From: a virus
Length of the DNA stretch: 17,799 bases
Direction: 5' to 3' (one strand)
Virus genome (UHGV): UHGV-1847153
In this document: positions 14,722 to 17,799 of the stretch, one piece after another
Layout: each line of letters starts with the position of its first letter
Numbering within the stretch: the stretch's first letter is position 1
The notes under the pieces: generated by a model
What the model was told of the DNA's origin: nothing
The model's database searches: none
The model's input: the letters and a program-made list of their open reading frames with translations, nothing else
Translations under genes and position numbers: made by a program

Positions 14722-15921
14722 ATGGCTTTGAACCTCGACACGCTGGGGCTATCGGCAACGGTAACCGCCCAGGGGATTAGTGCGCCTGATTACCAGACAA
14801 TCCTAGATACACTGACCAGCTATTTCAGGCAGATTTACGGTAGTGATGCCTACCTCGAACCAGACAGCAAAGACGGGCAGATGGTCGCGCTGGTGGCTCT
14901 TGCCGTGCATGACGCTAACAACACCGCTATCGGGATCTACAACTCTTTTTCACCGACGACAGCGCAGGCCGCAGCGCTTAGCAGCAATGTGAAAATTAAC
15001 GGGATCACGCGAAAAGTAGCGACAAACTCTACTGCTGACCTTCTGTTAACCGGTACGGCAGGCACGACTATCACGAATGGCTCCGCACGGGATAAAAACG
15101 GCATTATCTGGAATTTTCCCGCAAGTGTAGCGATCGGCGTTGATGGTACTGTGCTGGTGACGGCCACATGTGCGAATAGCGGTTCGGTTGCTGCGATGGC
15201 CGGGACTATCACCACCATTAATACACCGACTCGCGGCTGGGTGTCGGTAACCAACCCGGCTGCGGCTACTGTCGGATCACCAGCTGAAACCGACGCAGAG
15301 CTGCGCATTCGGCAGGGGCAAAGCGTCGCGCTACCATCGATCACACCGTTTGAAGGTGTCGACGGTGCAATAGCTAACGTTGCTGGCGTGACACGTCACA
15401 AGTTGTATGAGAACGACACAGGAACAACAGACAGCAACGGGCTGCCGCCGCACTCAATTTCCGCCATCGTCGATGGTGGGGATGTTACCGAAATAGCCCA
15501 GACCATCAGGGGGAATAAAGGACAGGGAACGGCAACCTACGGGACAACTTCTGTCACGGTGCCGGATACTTATGGTAATCCTCACGTCATCAGTTTTTCG
15601 CGCTCTACCGACGTACCGATTTTCGTAGCCATTACCCTGAAAGTTTTTACCGGGTATACCTCTCAAATCGGCGAGCAGATCAAACAGGCTGTTGCCGACT
15701 ATATTAATGGCCTGACAATTGGCGACGACGTTCTGCTGAGCCGTATTTATTCCCCGGCAAACCTCGGCGTTGTGAGCGGCGGGAATGCCCGCTATTACGA
15801 TATTACCGACCTGCTGATCGGTAAGTCGTCTGGCAGCGTATCGGCATCAAACATTGATATTGCCTATGATGCTTCAGCGTCCTGTAGCACCGCGAATATC
15901 AGTATCACGGTGACCTCATGA
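14722..15921 (+). CDS. Baseplate J-like protein (gpJ / gp47 family)
   Basis: ATG immediately after the upstream TAA. 399 aa. Canonical position between W-like and I-like genes. Confidence 0.6.
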   Translation: MALNLDTLGLSATVTAQGISAPDYQTILDTLTSYFRQIYGSDAYLEPDSKDGQMVALVALAVHDANNTAIGIYNSFSPTTAQAAALSSNVKINGITRKVATNSTADLLLTGTAGTTITNGSARDKNGIIWNFPASVAIGVDGTVLVTATCANSGSVAAMAGTITTINTPTRGWVSVTNPAAATVGSPAETDAELRIRQGQSVALPSITPFEGVDGAIANVAGVTRHKLYENDTGTTDSNGLPPHSISAIVDGGDVTEIAQTIRGNKGQGTATYGTTSVTVPDTYGNPHVISFSRSTDVPIFVAITLKVFTGYTSQIGEQIKQAVADYINGLTIGDDVLLSRIYSPANLGVVSGGNARYYDITDLLIGKSSGSVSASNIDIAYDASASCSTANISITVTS

Positions 15922-16598
15922 GCAAATACACCGAACTGATCACTAACTACCACGCTACCAAGCCACTCTTTTTTGACCATATAGATCTGAGCACCCGCCC
16001 GCTGATTGATGTGTCCAGCACTATGTCAGGGCTTATAACAGCCTTCGATATCGATACTGCTGTCGGTGTACAGCTCGACATCCTCGGTCTGTGGATCGGA
16101 CGCAGTCGCATAGTCAGCCAGCCAATTAGCGGAGTTTATTTCAGCTGGGACACTGACGGGCTTGGGTATGACCAGGGCATCTGGCAAGGGCCATATGATC
16201 CTGATTCTGGCTATACGACGCTAAGCGATGAGACGTACCGCATCATTCTGAAAGCGAAAATCGCTATCAACAACTGGGACGGTCGGAACGACTCTCTGCC
16301 TCCCATCCTTGACGCTGCTACCGCAGGCTCAGGCCTGAGGATGCAGATCGTCGACAACCAGGACATGACGATTTCGGTCTGGGTTTTCCCTGAAACTGAT
16401 ATTTCTGATGTGTCTCTCGAACTGATCGCCGCTATCAAACATGGCTATCTCACCGTTAAATCAGCTGGCGTATGGGCCGGTGATGTTGAAACGCCTTCGG
16501 TAGAAACACCGTCAGAAGGCTCTAAATTCTTTGGGTTTGATATGGATAACGAATACATCGGCGGGTTCGATGTTGGAGCATGGGGGACAATACTCTAA
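15918..16598 (+). CDS. Tail protein I-like (gpI / Mu gp48-like) baseplate protein
   Basis: ATGA overlap with the J-like gene. 226 aa. Position between J-like and tail fiber genes. Confidence 0.55.
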   Translation: MSKYTELITNYHATKPLFFDHIDLSTRPLIDVSSTMSGLITAFDIDTAVGVQLDILGLWIGRSRIVSQPISGVYFSWDTDGLGYDQGIWQGPYDPDSGYTTLSDETYRIILKAKIAINNWDGRNDSLPPILDAATAGSGLRMQIVDNQDMTISVWVFPETDISDVSLELIAAIKHGYLTVKSAGVWAGDVETPSVETPSEGSKFFGFDMDNEYIGGFDVGAWGTIL

Positions 16599-17362
16599 TG
16601 GCAATAAACAACTTTAAACCTTTCGCGCTTGATCCGAACGCTAACGTCACCTCACAAGCTGACTGGGAAGCACTTCCGGCTCTGCTTTCAGGGTTTACGG
16701 CAGGTAAAGCATCCAGCGCACAGGTCAACAAAGCTATTCGGCAAGCCAGCTTTATCGCGGCAGCGTTGGCGCAGTACACCGCCAACAAAAGCAGGCTGGA
16801 TGTGCTTGATGATGGAGACCTGAACGGGTTTATATCCAAAATGGGGACCGCTTTCGGGAAAGATTTCCAGGCGCTTGACGCCACGCTGACGGCATTGGCT
16901 GGTCTAGCAACTGGTGCAAATAAACTCCCGTATTTCACTGGAACTGATAAAGCAGCTCAGACTGATTTAACTTCTGTTGGCCGTGACATTATTGGGAAAA
17001 ATACTATTGCTGACATTCTCACATACCTTGGTTTGGGAGAAGCGGCGAAAAGGAATGTGGGGACTGGGGCGAATCAGATACCTGATATGTCATCATATGC
17101 ATCAGGTTCAGGCTGGCGAAAAATGCCAGATGGTTCAATTGAACAGTGGGGACGAATTAGTTTTCCTGGTGAACACGGGCCTGTATCCGCCAATGTTTCA
17201 TTCCCGATTCCATTTACACAGACACCGGGCATTGTAATTGTGTGCGATGGTGGTTTCGGGGGCGGGAATATGTGGGGGGCGACCAACTGGAGCACTACCG
17301 GCTTCATAGCTCACTGCAATTATGGTCTTGAAGGTGGTGCGTTTTTCGCTAAGGGCTGGTAA
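16598..17362 (+). CDS. Tail fiber protein (short; conserved N-terminal anchor plus divergent lower-GC C-terminal receptor-binding part)
   Basis: RBS GGGGGA 16583-16588 before ATG 16598 (TAATG overlap with upstream stop; ORF-track Met 16580 rejected). N-terminus [18 protein letters not shown]... resembles tail-fiber N-termini. Followed by an assembly chaperone gene. Confidence 0.65.
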   Translation: MAINNFKPFALDPNANVTSQADWEALPALLSGFTAGKASSAQVNKAIRQASFIAAALAQYTANKSRLDVLDDGDLNGFISKMGTAFGKDFQALDATLTALAGLATGANKLPYFTGTDKAAQTDLTSVGRDIIGKNTIADILTYLGLGEAAKRNVGTGANQIPDMSSYASGSGWRKMPDGSIEQWGRISFPGEHGPVSANVSFPIPFTQTPGIVIVCDGGFGGGNMWGATNWSTTGFIAHCNYGLEGGAFFAKGW

Positions 17363-17799
17363 TGATGAAATATCTGTACGTAAACAACCTGGCATATCCT
17401 TACGAACTTCAGTCTCTTTATGTTGAAAAAGGTGAATGGCCTGAAGAAAAAGGTGTTGATATAGACGAAGTAATTTTCAGGGAATATTTCTATGATACAC
17501 CACCAGAAGGAAAATACAGATGTGTCGGAGAGGATGGACTGCCTGCATGGGCAGATATTCCTCCACCAACACGTGAAGAACAAATTGCATCAGCCGAAAC
17601 TAAAAAGCAGCAATTGATTAACCAGGCCAACGAATACATAAACAGTAAACAATGGCCAGGTAAAGCATCAATTGGTCGTCTGAAAGGTGAGGAACTGGTG
17701 CAATATAATTTGTGGCTGGATTATCTGGACGCACTGGAGCTGGTCGATACTTCCAGTGCACCAGATATTGAATGGCCGGAAGAACCAGACACAATGTAA
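17362..17799 (+). CDS. Tail fiber assembly protein (Tfa chaperone)
   Basis: Overlaps the fiber gene stop (TAATGATG). 145 aa. Typical Tfa-like sequence ([39 protein letters not shown]...) and position. Stop TAA is the last three bases of the window. Confidence 0.7.
   Translation: MMKYLYVNNLAYPYELQSLYVEKGEWPEEKGVDIDEVIFREYFYDTPPEGKYRCVGEDGLPAWADIPPPTREEQIASAETKKQQLINQANEYINSKQWPGKASIGRLKGEELVQYNLWLDYLDALELVDTSSAPDIEWPEEPDTM

Noticed and set aside
1-17799. CRISPR arrays, tRNA/rRNA genes, integrase or att sites, transposase/IS elements
   Set aside because: No spacer-repeat periodicity, no tRNA-like cloverleaf candidates noticed in the few intergenic gaps, and no ORF resembling integrase or transposase; the window is internal to the structural module.

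Overview
The window is a contig-like fragment of a contractile-tailed prophage late (virion structural) module, Enterobacteriaceae-like in composition. Positions 1-47 are not biological: they match an Illumina Nextera adapter. From 48 onward all genes are on the + strand and tightly packed, with many ATGA/TAATG overlaps, in this order: head morphogenesis (Mu F-like, 5'-incomplete), acidic scaffold/protease-like protein, small structural protein, major capsid, coiled-coil protein, three or four neck/connector proteins, tail sheath, tail tube, tail assembly chaperone with a -1 frameshift extension, tape measure protein with a C-terminal lytic transglycosylase domain, three tail/baseplate proteins, [cargo island], gpV-like spike, gpW-like, baseplate J-like, gpI-like, tail fiber, and tail fiber assembly protein. 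The most interesting part is a roughly 1.3 kb lower-GC cargo island (about 12313-13627) inserted between the baseplate hub-like gene and the spike gene. It encodes a small Sec-secreted protein, then an apparently self-contained toxin-antitoxin cassette: candidate promoter, 14-bp perfect palindrome, unusually long Phd/YefM-like antitoxin, Doc (Fic-fold) toxin with an intact HxFxDANKR motif, and an intrinsic terminator. A second lower-GC patch covers the tail-fiber C-terminus plus the assembly gene. All family assignments come from reading the translations and from memory of the families; no database search was possible and GC statements are by-eye estimates.
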